The notes: generated by a model not told the origin, from the letters alone. Counted from the first letter of the stretch, positions 1 through 14,454 are shown. The stretch: DNA of 64,000 bases from Octopus vulgaris (GCA_951406725.2 OX597827.1:61380001-61444000); one strand, 5' to 3'. Numbers and translations: made by a program.

Positions 1-255
1 TATTCCATAGTTAAATTTATTTCAAGTGTAACACTAACATTTAAATATTCTGATTCTGTCTTGGATAGTATTCCATAGTTAAGGTTGTTTCAACTACAAG
101 GCTCAAATTTGTTTCATAATGTTAAATATGTTACGTCTTTGATCATATTCCAGACTTACATTTGTTTAAAACATATTGTTTCATTGTGTCAAAGATCTCA
201 ATAATATCTTGCATTTTGTTCTGTAGTTAAGGTTGTTTCAAGCACAACACTCTAG
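1..255. repeat. Degenerate ~70-bp tandem repeat
   Basis: tattccatagttaa at 1 and 69, tagttaaggttgtttcaa at about 76 and 224, a weaker unit at about 145. Confidence 0.55.
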
Positions 256-645
256 CAAACACATTCCCTGACAAAAAGAGCATTATAAATAATAATATTT
301 ATAATTATAGATAATAATTATTTTGCACTCTCTCTATCACTAGAAATGCTGGATACAAAACATTATACAACAGGTGTAGATATAGCTGTGTGGTGAAGAA
401 GTTTGCCTTCAAACCACATGGTTTCAGATTCAGTCTCACTGGGTTACACTTTGGATAAGGAGACACACACAACCCGAAGAAATGAATGCATGAATATGAT
501 CCACCTCATGTCTATAGATATTATGGGCTGTACTGTAATCATCCCAGAAATACAAATTATGATCTGAAGAAACATGTGATTTGTGGAAACGTGCGTAGCG
601 ATGCAGTAAAATATTTATAAATTCCATCTATGGATTACTATTATT

Positions 646-866
646 ACATTTGACCGCAGCCATGCTGGAGCACCACCTTTATAGTCGAGCAAATCGACCT
701 CAGAACTTATTCTTTGTAAGCCTAGTACTTATTGTATCGGTCCCTTTTGCCGATCTGCTAAGTTACGGGGACATAAACACACCAGCATCGGTTGTCAAGC
801 GATGCTGGGGGGACAAACAGACACACAAGCATATACACACACATATTTACACACACACACATATTT

Positions 867-897
<31 letters not shown>

Positions 898-1062
898 CAC
901 GGTGGGCTTCTTCCAGTTTCCATCTATCAAATCCACTCACAAGGCTTTGGTCAGCCCGAGGCTATAGTAGAAGACACTTGCCCAAGGTGCCACGCAGTGG
1001 GACTGAACCCGGGACCATGTGGTTGGTAAGCAAGCTACTTACCACATAGCCTCTCCTGCGCC
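646..1062 (-). mobile_element. SINE family A (tRNA head, CORE-like ACCTTGGGCAAGT, internal microsatellite)
   Basis: Reverse complement of the 1956-2405 copy. Confidence 0.85.
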
Positions 1063-1955
1063 TGCATTTTTTTTTTTTTCAGTTACACCAATGATTCAAG
1101 CCACGTGGAAGCCTGTACATGATGGCTTGACATGGTAGAAATAACAACTAAATTTCCCTCAAATCACACTGCACTGTTTTAACTAAATACAGGATGGTCA
1201 TAGGGAGAACAGATTCATAGTGAGATCATGGATTTATTCAACCGAAGCTGACATGGGCAACTAAGCAGCGACAACAGCAACAACAACATAGTCATTTATT
1301 TATTTCAGAGCTTTGAATTCTTCCCCTCCACCAAAAAATTTAAAAAAATAAAATATAATAATAATAATAATAATAACAATAATAATAATAATAACTCCAC
1401 TTGGTGAATAAAAAAAAATTGCTAAAACACAGATATAATTTTGATGTAACTGGGTTGTTTGAAACAGATGGTTTTGTAGAGAAATGGCCCCAGTTTCATG
1501 CTCTCTTTCTTGTATTGAGTGAAGAAAACTAAACAGCAGAAATGAATAACAAAAATAGATTAGAAATGAATATATAAAAAAATAAGTACCATTTTTGGTT
1601 TAAGGTTGAAAGAGCTAAGCATGTAAAGAACTCTAGTGTAACCAACCGTTTACAGAGAAGCATCTGCTTTAAGATTTCTGGTAAAACCATTAGTTTGTTG
1701 GATCTTGTCTATGCTAGATTAATTTTGAGCAAACTGGAAGTAAGATGGAAAAAAAATAAATACCATCTTGGACCATTCTCTTATATGACAGAGACGCAAA
1801 TTATGAAATTTCTAAGCTGTAAATCTTGAACATTCACAAAATTTGTATTGATTCAGTTTGACTATCCAGGTGAATATTAAGCAAAAAGTATTTTTTGTTT
1901 TCTGGGTTTTTTTTACCTGGAATGTATGCAGAAATTTTTGACAAGAATTCATATA

Positions 1956-2149
1956 GGTGTAGGAGTGGCTGTGTGGTAAGTAGCTTGCTTACCAACCACA
2001 TGGTTCCAGGTTCAGTCCCACTGCATGGCACCCTTGGGCAAGTGTCGTCTACTATAGCCTCGGGCTGACCAAAGACTTGTGAGTGGATTTGGTAGACAGA
2101 AACTGAAAGAAGCCCGTCGTATATATGCATATGTATGTATATGTATATG

Positions 2150-2204
<55 letters not shown>

Positions 2205-2405
2205 TTGTGTGTCTGTGTTTGTCCCCCCAACATCGCTTAACAACTGATGCTGGTGTATTTATGTCCCCGTAACCTAGCAGTTCGGCAAAAGAGACCGGTA
2301 GAATAAGTGCTAGGCTTACAAAGAATAAGTCCTGGGGTCGATTTGCTCGACTAAAGGTGGTGCTCCAGCATGGCCACGGTCACATGACTGAAACAAGTAA
2401 AAGAG
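1956..2405 (+). mobile_element. SINE family A, full length
   Basis: A box tggctgtgtggt, B box ggttcagtccc, ccttgggcaagtgtc, (TA)n(TG)n, tail gactgaaacaagtaaaagag. Confidence 0.85.
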
Positions 2406-2856
2406 CATTGGGCTACAGCAAATATTCTGCTCAATACCACAGATTTGCTTGTCAGTTGTTTGACCTTAACCAGTTGAGCATGACCCTTAGTGGCTGACAA
2501 TATGTGCATCTATGATCACGAGCAGAAGTAGTGTGGGAGCATCATAGCCATGTGTTGAGAGGAATTCTTTGGGGTTTGGATAATTCACCTTTGGAAACAT
2601 TGGTGTTTCTTTCAACATCCTTAAATAACCCTTATTCAGGGATCTTTTGAGCAGTATGGGCTACCCAACCTGAAGAAAATTCTAACTGGGCTCCACCCAC
2701 AAGGTCATGCACTGTTAATCTTGATATGAGATTACCATGTCACACACATATGGTTGTGATTCATGTGCCTGGAGTATCCTTATCAGACAGGTAGTCATGA
2801 TGGGTATATTGGGCTTCGTATATTTGTACCTCAGAGCATGCACTGCTCTCTCTCTC

Positions 2857-2900
<44 letters not shown>

Positions 2901-2918
2901 TAATAATAATAATAATAA
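2405..2918 (+). mobile_element. Non-LTR retroelement 3' end with (TAA)n tail
   Basis: Its last ~120 bp recur at 28684-28800; both copies end gcatgcactgctctctc..tc followed by (AAT)n. Confidence 0.65.
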
Positions 2919-3644
2919 AGGTGAGAATGGTAGTGGAGTTTAGGGTTATCTATATTTTTTACATGTTTCAGTCATTGGACTACAGCCATGCAGGGTGTCA
3001 ACTTCAAGGGTTTTAGTGGAACAAATTGACCCCTACATATGTTAATTTAAAATTAGTAATAGTAAATAAAGCAATAACAGGGAATGAGAAACAGACACAA
3101 TCACACACACACACTCTTGTCGCATTCTCTTGGATTTCTTTGACATATTGAAATCTTATTCCTTTCAAGTGGGATTTGATTTTTGGAAAGATTCTTGGCT
3201 GAATCAGGGGTGGGGTATGTTTTTAGTGCAGCAGGTAAAAATTTCCTAAGAAAAAGGTCCACGGGTGGATCACAGATTCTAACTGTTATATCTGCGAAAA
3301 ACTTGTATATATCAATGTATAATTTGATATACATTAATAAAGATAAGTTTAACGCATTAAATTAACGTGTAACATCTTCGTTAATGCTGTCACTGAATTT
3401 AGGGCCTTTATATTACTTATGGGGTATTCTACTTTTTTCAGCTAAAGTGTAGTTGGGTCTCAAGGGGGTGGAACAAACCTAGCAATATGTGTTTTATAGT
3501 GAAAACAAAATTTCCATTCCAATGGCAATTACAAGACGATTTCTGACCATTTTAAGTCATTGCGGAAACGTGAACTGTGTCGCAAATGGGAAAAACTAAT
3601 ATTGTATAAATTTTGATTGAAAAATTTACTATATTTTGTACATA

Positions 3645-4060
3645 TGTAGTTTGCTTACCAACCACATGGTCCTGGGTTCAGTCCCACTGCGTGGCACCTT
3701 GGGCAAGTGTCTTCTGCTATAGCCTCAGGCTGACCAAAGCCATGTGAGTGGATTTGGTAGGCGGAAACTGAAAGTAGCCCGTCATATATATGTATATATA
3801 TATGTATATATATATATATATATATATGTATATGCATGTGTGTGTGTATATGTTTGTGTTTCTGTGTTTGTCCCCCCAACATCACTTGACAACCGATGCT
3901 GGTGTGTTTACGTCCCCGTAACTTAGCGGTTCAGCAAAAGAGACCGATAGAATAAGTACTAGGCTTACAAAGAATAAGTCCTGGGGTCGATTTGCTCGAC
4001 TATAAAGGCAGTGCTCCAGCATGGCCGCAGTCAAATGACTGTCACAAATAAAAGAGTAAA
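3645..4060 (+). mobile_element. SINE family A
   Basis: Matches 1956-2405. Confidence 0.85.
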
Positions 4061-4634
4061 GTGTAAGAGAGGGGTATATCAGCCTGCAGGCATAATAAAA
4101 TGGGTTCATGGATGCAATTGCGCCACAGGCGGGAGTTTCTCCACCCCTGCTTTATAAACACATACATATTTTCTCTACCACAGTCACTGAGGGAACCTCC
4201 ATGGTGTGATGAGACGACCACGCTCTACATACTTTACAACCAGACACTGCTATAAACAAAACTGAGTGAGAACATTATAACTTAGTGCGACAGGAAGAGC
4301 ATCCACCCAGCACAAAATCCATCTCAACTAAATTCCATCAGAATCATGCGAGCACTCAACAAGTGGATGTTAAAACACTAACAATGATATGATTTTTCCC
4401 TACAGCTATTGCACCTCACCCCTCCATCTGATGGTGTGTGGGTTGGAAGGAAGTTAGAGAAGAGGTATATCCATTTCAGCTTAATTTAATTATCTTCAGC
4501 TTACATCATCATTTTTGTTATCATTATAATCCTCATCAACACATTCCCATCATCCTATTATCATTCTCTCCCAACTCACTGTTATCATTAGTATTGTTTT
4601 CCTTTTGATTAAATCAGTATTCATGCATTCAGAC

Positions 4635-4724
4635 ATACATATATAATTTTATATATATATATATATTTTATGTATACATAATTATATATAATTTTATATA
4701 CATAAAATTACATACATAATTATT

Positions 4725-4789
<65 letters not shown>

Positions 4790-4920
4790 TATATATATAT
4801 ATATATAATTATATATACACACATATATATATCATATATATATATAATTATATATATATAATTTTATGTATACCTAATTATATATACATAAAATTACATA
4901 CATAATTATTTATATATAAA

Positions 4921-4982
<62 letters not shown>

Positions 4983-5242
4983 TATATATATATAATTATA
5001 TATATATATTTTTGTGTATACATAATTATATATAATTTTATATACATAAAATTACATACATAATTATTTATAATTTTATATACATAAAATTACATACATA
5101 ATTATTTATATATAAAATATATATATATAAAATATCTATATAATTATATGTACATAGAAATATATAACTATATGATGATGATGATGATATGAATATAAAT
5201 TTATATATAATTATATATACATAAAATGATATGTATATAATT

Positions 5243-5303
<61 letters not shown>

Positions 5304-5350
5304 TAAAATTATATATATAAAATATATATCTCTAAAATTATATATATATA
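4635..5350. repeat. AT-rich compound (TA)n with repeated tacataaaattacatacataattatttata units
   Basis: Direct inspection. Confidence 0.9.
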
Positions 5351-5701
5351 TAGATAGATAGACAGACAGATACATACATACATGCAAATACACATAAATA
5401 TCTATATGTTTGCATGTATGGTTGCAAACACAGATGCACTAAACGCATTCATACATGCATTACAGTAGAAATAACACAAATCCATACAAACGCTTTCAAC
5501 ACAAGTCTACTTCTACATATGTACCCATAATACGAACACATACACACAAATATATATACACATGCACACGTCTATAGAATGATCTACTGTAATACAATGA
5601 TAACATACACATGTAAAATCTCGCGGATACATGTATGTATATGACAGATGTACACATATTTGTATGTCGCATGTAGATGCGTAAGTGATGCACAGACACA
5701 G

Positions 5702-5738
<37 letters not shown>

Positions 5739-5962
5739 TATACATAGACACAGACATATAGAAACACAAACAGCTGATATATATACAACTATATACACAC
5801 ACACTCATCCAAATGCACAATCTCATAATCACACGCATACTTGCTACCAACCATCATCACATATAGACACATACAGACATTCGCCTTCTTTCTTTCTTTC
5901 TTTCTTTTTTACTCTCTCTCTCTCCCTCTCTCTCACACACACACACATACACACACACACAT

Positions 5963-5995
<33 letters not shown>

Positions 5996-6267
5996 ATACA
6001 CATACATAAGTATGCACGCAGAAACCTTGAATGCAAGCACTACTAAACGTACTTGAACCATATAATATACAGCTATTGTACACTATTATCACCAGGTGGC
6101 GACACAAAACCACCACCACCACCACCATCCACCACTACCACTAAGTACAATTACAAAATACCACCACGACTGCTGCGGCTGCCGCTGCTACCTATATCGT
6201 CACAACTACCACCATGACCATCAAACCGCCAGTACTGCAAAACAGTAAATCAACATGCATTAACATT

Positions 6268-6300
<33 letters not shown>

Positions 6301-6583
6301 CGCACACATTCATATGTGTGTGTGTCTGTGTAAGCAATGACAGAATGTATGTATAAAGTGCTTGTCAAGTGTCTCTGTGCACACCTATGCGCACACACAA
6401 TTATTCTCCTTTTTCCATTCTCATTGGAAGCCACACTAATTGAATGTGTAATGTATAGACACACTTATATTGCCTCTCTATTTTTTTTCCTTCTCTAATT
6501 CTCACTCTCCTTATCATTTCTGTGTGTATGTGTGTGTGCATGTGCTTGTGTGTGTGTGAAAACATGTATATATATGTATGTGT

Positions 6584-6674
<91 letters not shown>

Positions 6675-7179
6675 TATAAATATATATATATATACATAAA
6701 TAATATATATATATATATATATACGTATGTATATGTACGTATTTGCTTCTTTATCTATTACTTTAGCTATCTAAAAGAGCACACAAATACTTATATATAC
6801 GCACACACGCATACGTACATACATATACGAACACATATATTTACGCATATATGTATGTACATAGACATATGTAAGCATACATACATACATACATACATAC
6901 ACATATATATATATTACAATTACATACAACACAATGCAAGCAGACTTCGGTGACATACATTTTATAACCTTTGTGTACAAGCAACCTGCTAAGTGTCACT
7001 CTTATTATATCTTCATACTTACTTAAATACATGCAAACATACATATACATTCAACTATACACATACATATTCAACTATACATACATACAGTCATACATGT
7101 GCATATTCACCTCTATAAATATATGTATGTATGTATTAAGTATGTATGTATGTATGTATGTATGTGTATATATTCTTTT

Positions 7180-7555
7180 AGTCTTTTACTTGTTTCAGTC
7201 ATTTGACTGTGGCCATGCTGGAGCACACCACCTTTAGCTGAACAAATCAACTCCAGGACTTATTCTTTGTAAGCCTAGTACTTATTCTATTGGTCTCTTT
7301 TGCCCAACCAATAAGTTTCGTGGACATAAATGCACCAGCATTGGTTGTCAAGTGATGGTGGGTGGGTGGGGACAAACACACACACACATACACACACATA
7401 CACACACACACATACACACACACACGCACATATACATAACAAGCTTTTTTCAGCTTCCAACTATCAAATCTACGCACAAGGTTTCATTCGGCCCAAGGCT
7501 ATACCAGAAGACACTTGCTCAAGGTGCCACACAGTGGGACTGAACCCAGAACTAT
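7180..7555 (-). mobile_element. SINE family A
   Basis: Matches 646-1062. Confidence 0.8.
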
Positions 7556-7661
7556 GAAGATATGATAGTTCCACCAAAAGAGCCGGCTATTGCAAGCAAT
7601 AACAAATATTGAAAAAAACACATTTGGCCAAATTTGAACATTCGACAGTTTAACATAATAG

Positions 7662-7709
<48 letters not shown>

Positions 7710-8125
7710 ATATACATATATATACAGTTTTTCACATGTAAAATATAAAGTAATTGTTAAATATCTGTATTGTATATATATATATATACATATATATATA
7801 CATATATATATATATATACATATATATATGTGTGAATTTGTGCCTGTGATTTATGAAGTTGTATAGATGTGTGTATGTGTATGTACACTCACACATACAC
7901 ATGTATATAATGTAAACACACGTATATTATACACACACACACACACGTACACAGATTCATAAAAACAAGTTCAGGCCACTTAAGAATAAAGAACTCAAAA
8001 TGCAAAAGTCTAAGTGTCATATTTCTAAGAGGTTTGACCATGTTCCTGTGAACTAATAACCTCACAACTATTTACCAGTTCCCTTCATCAAGCTTACTTA
8101 CCAACTACTTACACATCATGATTTC

Positions 8126-8172
<47 letters not shown>

Positions 8173-8294
8173 GCAGGAGTGGCTGCGTGGTAAGTAGCTT
8201 GCTTACCAACCACCTCTCCTTTTGAAAAAAACTTTTAAAGATTTTTCTCACAATAAAGAATTGAACAATTAAATGAATAAATTCACATGTAATG

Positions 8295-8630
8295 AGAACC
8301 CCTTTGGACATGAATGAATTAGGGATTGCACCTAGAAAGTTACCCTCCGAGGCACAAGTCTGGGCAAGGTTGTTTATGGAAGTCCAGTAGTCGCCCAAGC
8401 ATACCAACCTCGCCTCTCCACACCACCAGTTTTATCCAAGGGAAAGGCAAAGGCCAATACAGCTTGGCACCAGTGACATCGCAACTCATTTCTACAGCTG
8501 AGTTAACTGGAGCAACGTGAAATAAAGTGTCTTGCTCAAGAACACAACACGCAGCCCAGCATGGGAATTGAACTCACAACCTCTCGATCATAAGCTCGAC
8601 GCTCTAACCACTGAGCCATGTACCTTCACA
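8295..8630 (-). mobile_element. SINE family D (tRNA head + cttgagcaagacac block)
   Basis: A/B boxes tggctcagtggttag / gagttcaattccc. Related heads at 9740-9882, 44690-44830 and 50371. Confidence 0.75.
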
Positions 8631-8929
8631 TGTAAATAAATGATTGAATAAATAAAGATACCGAGGGATCAGAAGTGATTAAGGAAAGTGAAGCAGAAGA
8701 GAGATTCTCTTAGCTAAAACATTTTCCGTAACTCAAGATTAGCTAATGTGTGTGTGTGCGCGCACGCGCGCATGCAGTATGGAAAGTTTATAAGTTCTTA
8801 TAAGCTCTCCTCTTACCTGCATCATTACACATACATTATATATACATTATCCAACTTGATAAATATACTTGTTTATATATGTGTATGTATATATATATAT
8901 ATACACACACACATATTTATATATATAGT

Positions 8930-9085
8930 TGAAATTAATAGAAAAACAAAAGATGAAGACAGGTGTATGAAAACAACAAGCAGGTGAGAAAGTTTTTTAC
9001 GTTTCGAGCCTACACTCTTCAACGGAAAGGAATAAGAGAAAATAAAGAGAGAGAGAATAAAAATACTTGTGGATTTAGCGATCAA
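8930..9085 (-). mobile_element. Penelope-like terminal-repeat remnant with decayed hammerhead-like motif
   Basis: Minus strand ...ctttccgttgaa-gagt gtag gctc-GAAA-cg-TA-aaaa...; the core is non-canonical. Lies between TA/CA microsatellites. Confidence 0.35.
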
Positions 9086-9205
9086 GCATGACGGCTGATA
9101 TACACACACACAAAAGTAGGTATGTATGTATATATATATACACACACAAATACATTCACACACAAAAATGGAAAAAGAGGAAATGTTTACATGTATATGT
9201 GTGTA

Positions 9206-9259
<54 letters not shown>

Positions 9260-10112
9260 GATGCACATATCTATCACCACACACATACACACACATGCAA
9301 ACCATTTACATGATCAAGGAAAGAAGCAAAATGAATATATAAATAATTATGTATATTAACAAGAACCTAAACAAAATACTTGAAGAATAAGTATAGTTAT
9401 GATGTAGTACAGCTTGAAATAGAAGCCTTTTGAGTGATGAAATAATGTGACAAGGTAGATGAAGTTTTACCCTTAAATTGAAGTAAATAATTGAAGAACC
9501 CCACCCACACAACCACCCACACTTGCATACATAGTCGGTGGGGGTGGGATGAAGAGATTGTAAGAAATAGATAAGAAATAATAATGATTTACAATGGAAT
9601 AATAACTGGAGTTTCTTACAAGAAACCACAAATTCGTAAGGAATTTGATTCACACACACACACACACACACATAAAAAAAAATGGTAAAGCTTCCTTCTG
9701 GAATCATGGTTTCTATGATGTAATAAATTGCACACCTGGACGCGAGTCCATCACAAGATTACTCATTTTTGCCAGGTGAGTGGACTAGAGCAACATGAAA
9801 TGAAGTGCCCAGCCCAGGAATTGAAACAATAATCTTACAATCATGAGTCCAGTACCTTAACCACTAAGTTATGTGCCTCCACTACACATATGAGAAAAAG
9901 GGATTCAAAAATCTGAGATGGCTCCTCAGTAAGCACTTCCATGAATACTGGCTATCAGAGTATATATTCATTTCATAGAAAACTATCCATATAAACTGCA
10001 ATTCTAGTCAAGTAAATTAGTTGCAGAGTATAATGCAGTAAGTCAAGGAGTGGAATTTATGGTATAACAATTTAATTCTTTTTGCATTTGTTTCAACACT
10101 ATATATAATATA

Positions 10113-10673
10113 TTGGGTTGTCCAGAAAGTTCATGCCGATTTATAGCAGCTTACCTTTCAACTTATTTTATGGTTGAGTCCATAAAATAGGATTTGACTA
10201 CACCTCCATTTAGAGCACAGTTTAAGCTATCTTTTCGTGGAAGAAGGTTTATGTTCCTATAACCTGAGTTAATTCTGTAACCCTTTAAAATGGAAGATAA
10301 GAAAGTTCATTTTCGGCACTTGATGCTATGGGAACCAGACAAAAATTGCCTCAGCTCGGCTGGGATGTGTTACCCCACACTCCATATTCACCAGATATTG
10401 CTCCTTCAGATTTCCACTTATTCAGGTCTCTGCAGAATAGTCTTAATGGTAAAAATTTCAATTCCTTTGATGATGTAAAAAGATACCTTGATGAATTCTT
10501 TGCCTTGAAACCACCTCAATTCTAGGAAGTGGGTATTTTCAAGTTAATGGAAAAATGGAGACGCATTGTGCAACAAAATGGTTCATATTTGGTTGATTAA
10601 AAATGTAATGGCAAGTATTTATTGACCTTTTTCTTTCCTTTAAAAATTGGCACAAACTTTCCAGACAACCCAA
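10113..10673 (+). mobile_element. Internally deleted mariner transposon
   Basis: About 30-bp TIRs (ttgggttgtccagaaagtt.../...aactttccagacaacccaa), TA on both flanks. N-terminus MEDKKVHFRHLMLW is joined out of frame to C-terminus LGWDVLPHTPYSPDIAPSDFHLF (mariner YSPDLAPSD motif). Internal stop. Confidence 0.92.
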
Positions 10674-10988
10674 TACATTTCATGAATATTAGAATTAATA
10701 TGAATGTAAATGTTTTTTATATTACAGTATAATATTTATGCAAACCATGTGAATTTCATTAGACAAGGTCTCAAAATAATTTGTTGCAATCTTATAAATT
10801 CATTTATATTAATTTTATATTTATATTCATGGTATGTATATTCCGTGTAGTGTTAAAATAAGCATACTTTAAGAATTAAATTTGCTGATTTGTTTGTCTA
10901 AAATTCTTCAAGGCAGTACCCCAGCATGGCTGCAGTCTAATGACTGAAATATGCAAAAGATATTTATATAAAAACCTTCAAGGCATAA

Positions 10989-11415
10989 GCGCAGGAGTGG
11001 CACTGGTAAGTAGGTTGCTTAACAATCACATGGTTCCGGGTTCAGTCCCACTGTGTGACACCTTGGGCCAGTGTCTTCTACTATAGCCTTGGGCCGACCA
11101 AGCCTTGTGAGTGGATTTGGTAGACAGAAACTGAAAGAAGCCCATTGTGTATGTATGTATGTGTGTGTTTGTGTGTTTGTCCCCCCCCCCCCGCACATTG
11201 CTTGACAACTGATGCTGGTGTGCTTATGTCCCCATAACTTAGCAGTTCAGCAAAAGGGGCCAATAGAATAAGTACCAGGCTTACAAAGAATAAGTTCTGG
11301 GGTCGATTTGCTCAACTAAAGGTGGTGCTCCAGCATGGCTGCAGTTAAATGACTGAAACAAGTAAAAGAAAGGTGGTGCCCCAGCATGGCCACAGTCCAA
11401 TGACTGAAACACGTA
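10989..11415 (+). mobile_element. SINE family A with duplicated tail
   Basis: Tail ggtggtgc.ccagcatggc...gactgaaac is repeated at 11371-11415. Confidence 0.8.
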
Positions 11416-11792
11416 AATCACAAAGAATACTGATGCCTTCACAGGAGAAACATCAGTGGCTGAGTGGATAAAAATGTAATTACACTGAGTTTAGAAATAA
11501 AGGTTTTTAGTTCAAATCTAGCCTGGTACTAGATATGTATTTCAGGAATAAAACACTTGATGAATACCAGGCTATCTGAATAGCCTTATGGGTCCCTAAG
11601 GCAGGACAATGCCCTGGAGACTCTACATTTATTTATTGGCAGCAAACTACTAACCACAGCATAAATAGATTAAGCATTGGGCTCCTAATCTGTAGAACCC
11701 TTAGGCAACATCTCAGTGAGCCCATGTTGGGAGATGACTCTGATGATGACAATCTGATCAAACTGATCAAAATTTAGTGAAGATATAAATAT

Positions 11793-12455
11793 TCTTTTCT
11801 ACTCTAGGCACAAGGCCTCAAATTTTGGGGGAGGGGGCCAGTCAATTAGATTGACCCCAGTATATACCTGGTACTTAATTTATCGACCTCAAAAAGATGA
11901 AAGGCAAAGTCGACCTCAGCAGAATTTGAAATCAGAACGTATAGACAGACAAAATACCACTAAGCATTTTGCCCAACGTGCTAAAGTTTCTTATTTTTTT
12001 ACTGCCTACAAGGTGCTACACACAGAAGGGACAAACAAGGACAGACAAACGGATTAAGTCTATTATATCGACCCCAGTGCATAACTGATACTTATTTAAT
12101 CGACCCCAAAAGGATGAAAGGCAAAGTTGACCTCGGCAGAATTTGAAATCAGAACGTAACAACAGATGAAATACTGCTAAGCATTTCGCCCGACTTGCTA
12201 ACGTTTCTGCCAGCTCACCACCCTAGTGAAGATGTAAATATTCTTTTCTACTCTAGGCACAAGGCCCGAAATTTTGGGGAAGGGGGCCAGTCGATTAGAT
12301 CGACCCCAGTACGCAACTGGTACTTAATTAATCGACCTCGAAAGGATGAAAGGCAAAGTCAACCTCGGTGGAATTTGAACTCAGAACATAGCGGCAGACA
12401 AAATACCGCTAAGCATTTCGCCCAACATGCTAACCTTTCTGCCAGCTCATCACCT
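11793..12455 (-). mobile_element. Three SINE family B copies (central GCCTTTCATCCTTTCGGGGTCGATAA, Meta/MESC-domain-like)
   Basis: aaggatgaaaggcaaagtcgacctcggc.gaatttgaa occurs three times. Domain name is from recall. Confidence 0.85.
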
Positions 12456-12507
12456 AAGTGAAGATGTAAATATTGTAAAATCAAAGATAAATGAAAATAT
12501 ATTTCCT

Positions 12508-12705
12508 CTATTCTACCTGTTTTATGTTTAAACTGGCTGGATCTAGTCTCTCACACCAACTCTGCAATGTCATTCTAAAACTAAAGCAATCACACCATCA
12601 AAAACTCGAAGCTGTTAGATAATGAGATAATGCATGATTAAATCAAAACAATGTGAATCAATAAGCATTATAGTTAACAGAGTAATCTGAATGCTGAAGG
12701 GGTAA
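12508..12705. mobile_element. piggyBac-like MITE family 2, partial
   Basis: Shares tattctacctgttttatgtt, aatgtcattctaaaa and ataagcatta with 18523-18746. Confidence 0.6.
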
Positions 12706-12960
12706 AGTTGAGATAGATAATCTGGAAGGAGCCATAAACCCTAATTTTTTTTAACAATACTTCATCTTTACACATCCAGGAACAGAAATAAGACATCTGA
12801 TGATGAGAAGAGCTCAGACTGACTGAAATGTAGTGTAAATATTTCATCACTAAAGATTAACTCAATTAGACAAAATAACAAACAAACAAAAAATGGTGCT
12901 GCTTCAGTGTGCAGTCTACCGCAGTAACTGTAATCTGCAGCTGTGAAATGACCTGATCTG

Positions 12961-13037
12961 GGTTAGGGATTAGGGCTCAGGGTTAGGGTTTGGGGTTAGG
13001 GTTAGGGTTTGGATTAGGTTTGGGGTTAGAGTTAGTG
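12961..13037 (+). repeat. Degenerate interstitial (TTAGGG)n-like tract
   Basis: ggttagggattagggctcagggttagggtttggggttagggttaggg... Confidence 0.85.
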
Positions 13038-13182
13038 TTTGACAGCATACTAAAGTTAGCACCCGCAAAAATTATAATCTTATGAACAACTTGTTTAGAT
13101 AACAGAGGAGACATTAACAGATTTAATTATTTACTTGGATTTGGGATAAGGATTTGGGTTTGTTTAGAATTTTACACCATAT

Positions 13183-13214
13183 GTGTGTGCGTGTGTGTGT
13201 GAGTGTGTGTGTGC

Positions 13215-13299
<85 letters not shown>

Positions 13300-13314
13300 T
13301 GTGTGTATGTGTGT

Positions 13315-13406
<92 letters not shown>
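13183..13406. repeat. (TG)n microsatellite
   Basis: Direct inspection. Confidence 0.95.
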
Positions 13407-13407
<1 letters not shown>

Positions 13408-14454
13408 AATGGCAATATCAAGACACCATTGTCGTTATACATCCGCTTTCCATGTTGGCATGGGTTGGATGGGTCATCGGAGTCTGAGTCAGTTCTAATT
13501 TGGAGTTAATTGCCTTCCTAGATGATTCAAGGGACAATATCTTATTCATGCGTTCCATTAATTATTAAGTTAATTGAATAATTAATTAATTTCATTTTGC
13601 TTTTATATTTGTCTATTTATTTATTTATTTATCTTTATATTTCTGCACCACAGTCTCTCTCTCTCTCTCTCTCTCTCCCCATTTTCCTCCTCATCACCAC
13701 CACCAGCACCACCATCACCACCACCACCACCACCATCACCACCACCACCACCACCACCACCAATGATATATAATACTGAAGGAAGATAACACTTTATTAA
13801 GGAGAAGGGAAGAGGTAGTTCACGGCTTTACTCACACACAGACACACACACATACATAGCTAGTAAGAGTGACACATATATGTTCATCTGTATACACACA
13901 CACACCAATATATACATACAGATACCTATACATAGACAGACATACATACACAGCTGGTGGTACATACATGTACAAATACACATACATGTACATCTGTACA
14001 CGTACACACATACACAAACACCAACATATACGTACACGTACTTATACATAAATACACACACATAAACAGCTGGTGATAAACACATACACATCTATACACA
14101 CACACACACACACACATACACAAGAACATGCAGACATACATATTACATGTAGGTATGCACACTTATACAACTAGTAACACATGCATGTATATTTATACAT
14201 TGACACATACATACATGCACACAGATATACGCATACAGCTAGTGACACATAGAAGCACATCAATACACGCATGCACTGAGACACACACACACACACACAT
14301 GTACAAATGCACATACACACGCACTCACTAATAGGCTCTTTTCAACCGTATTCCTTTAGATGTATCAAATAGGGGTGGGAAAGGGGTTGATAAGTGAATG
14401 TGGGGCACTGGAAGAGAATGGGAAAGGGAGAATGGGTGGGGGATGACTCATTCA

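Noticed and set aside
436-627. 63-aa minus-strand ORF as a downstream exon
   Set aside because: No similarity to a Rossmann-fold continuation; runs into a SINE head.
650-1049. Recurrent ORFs such as DGLLSVSVYQIHSQG / EDTCPRCHAVGLNPGPCGW
   Set aside because: Translations of SINE family A, repeated wherever the SINE occurs.
12797-12840. CTGATGA...GAAA as a hammerhead
   Set aside because: Stem II does not abut GAAA, and stems I and III do not pair.
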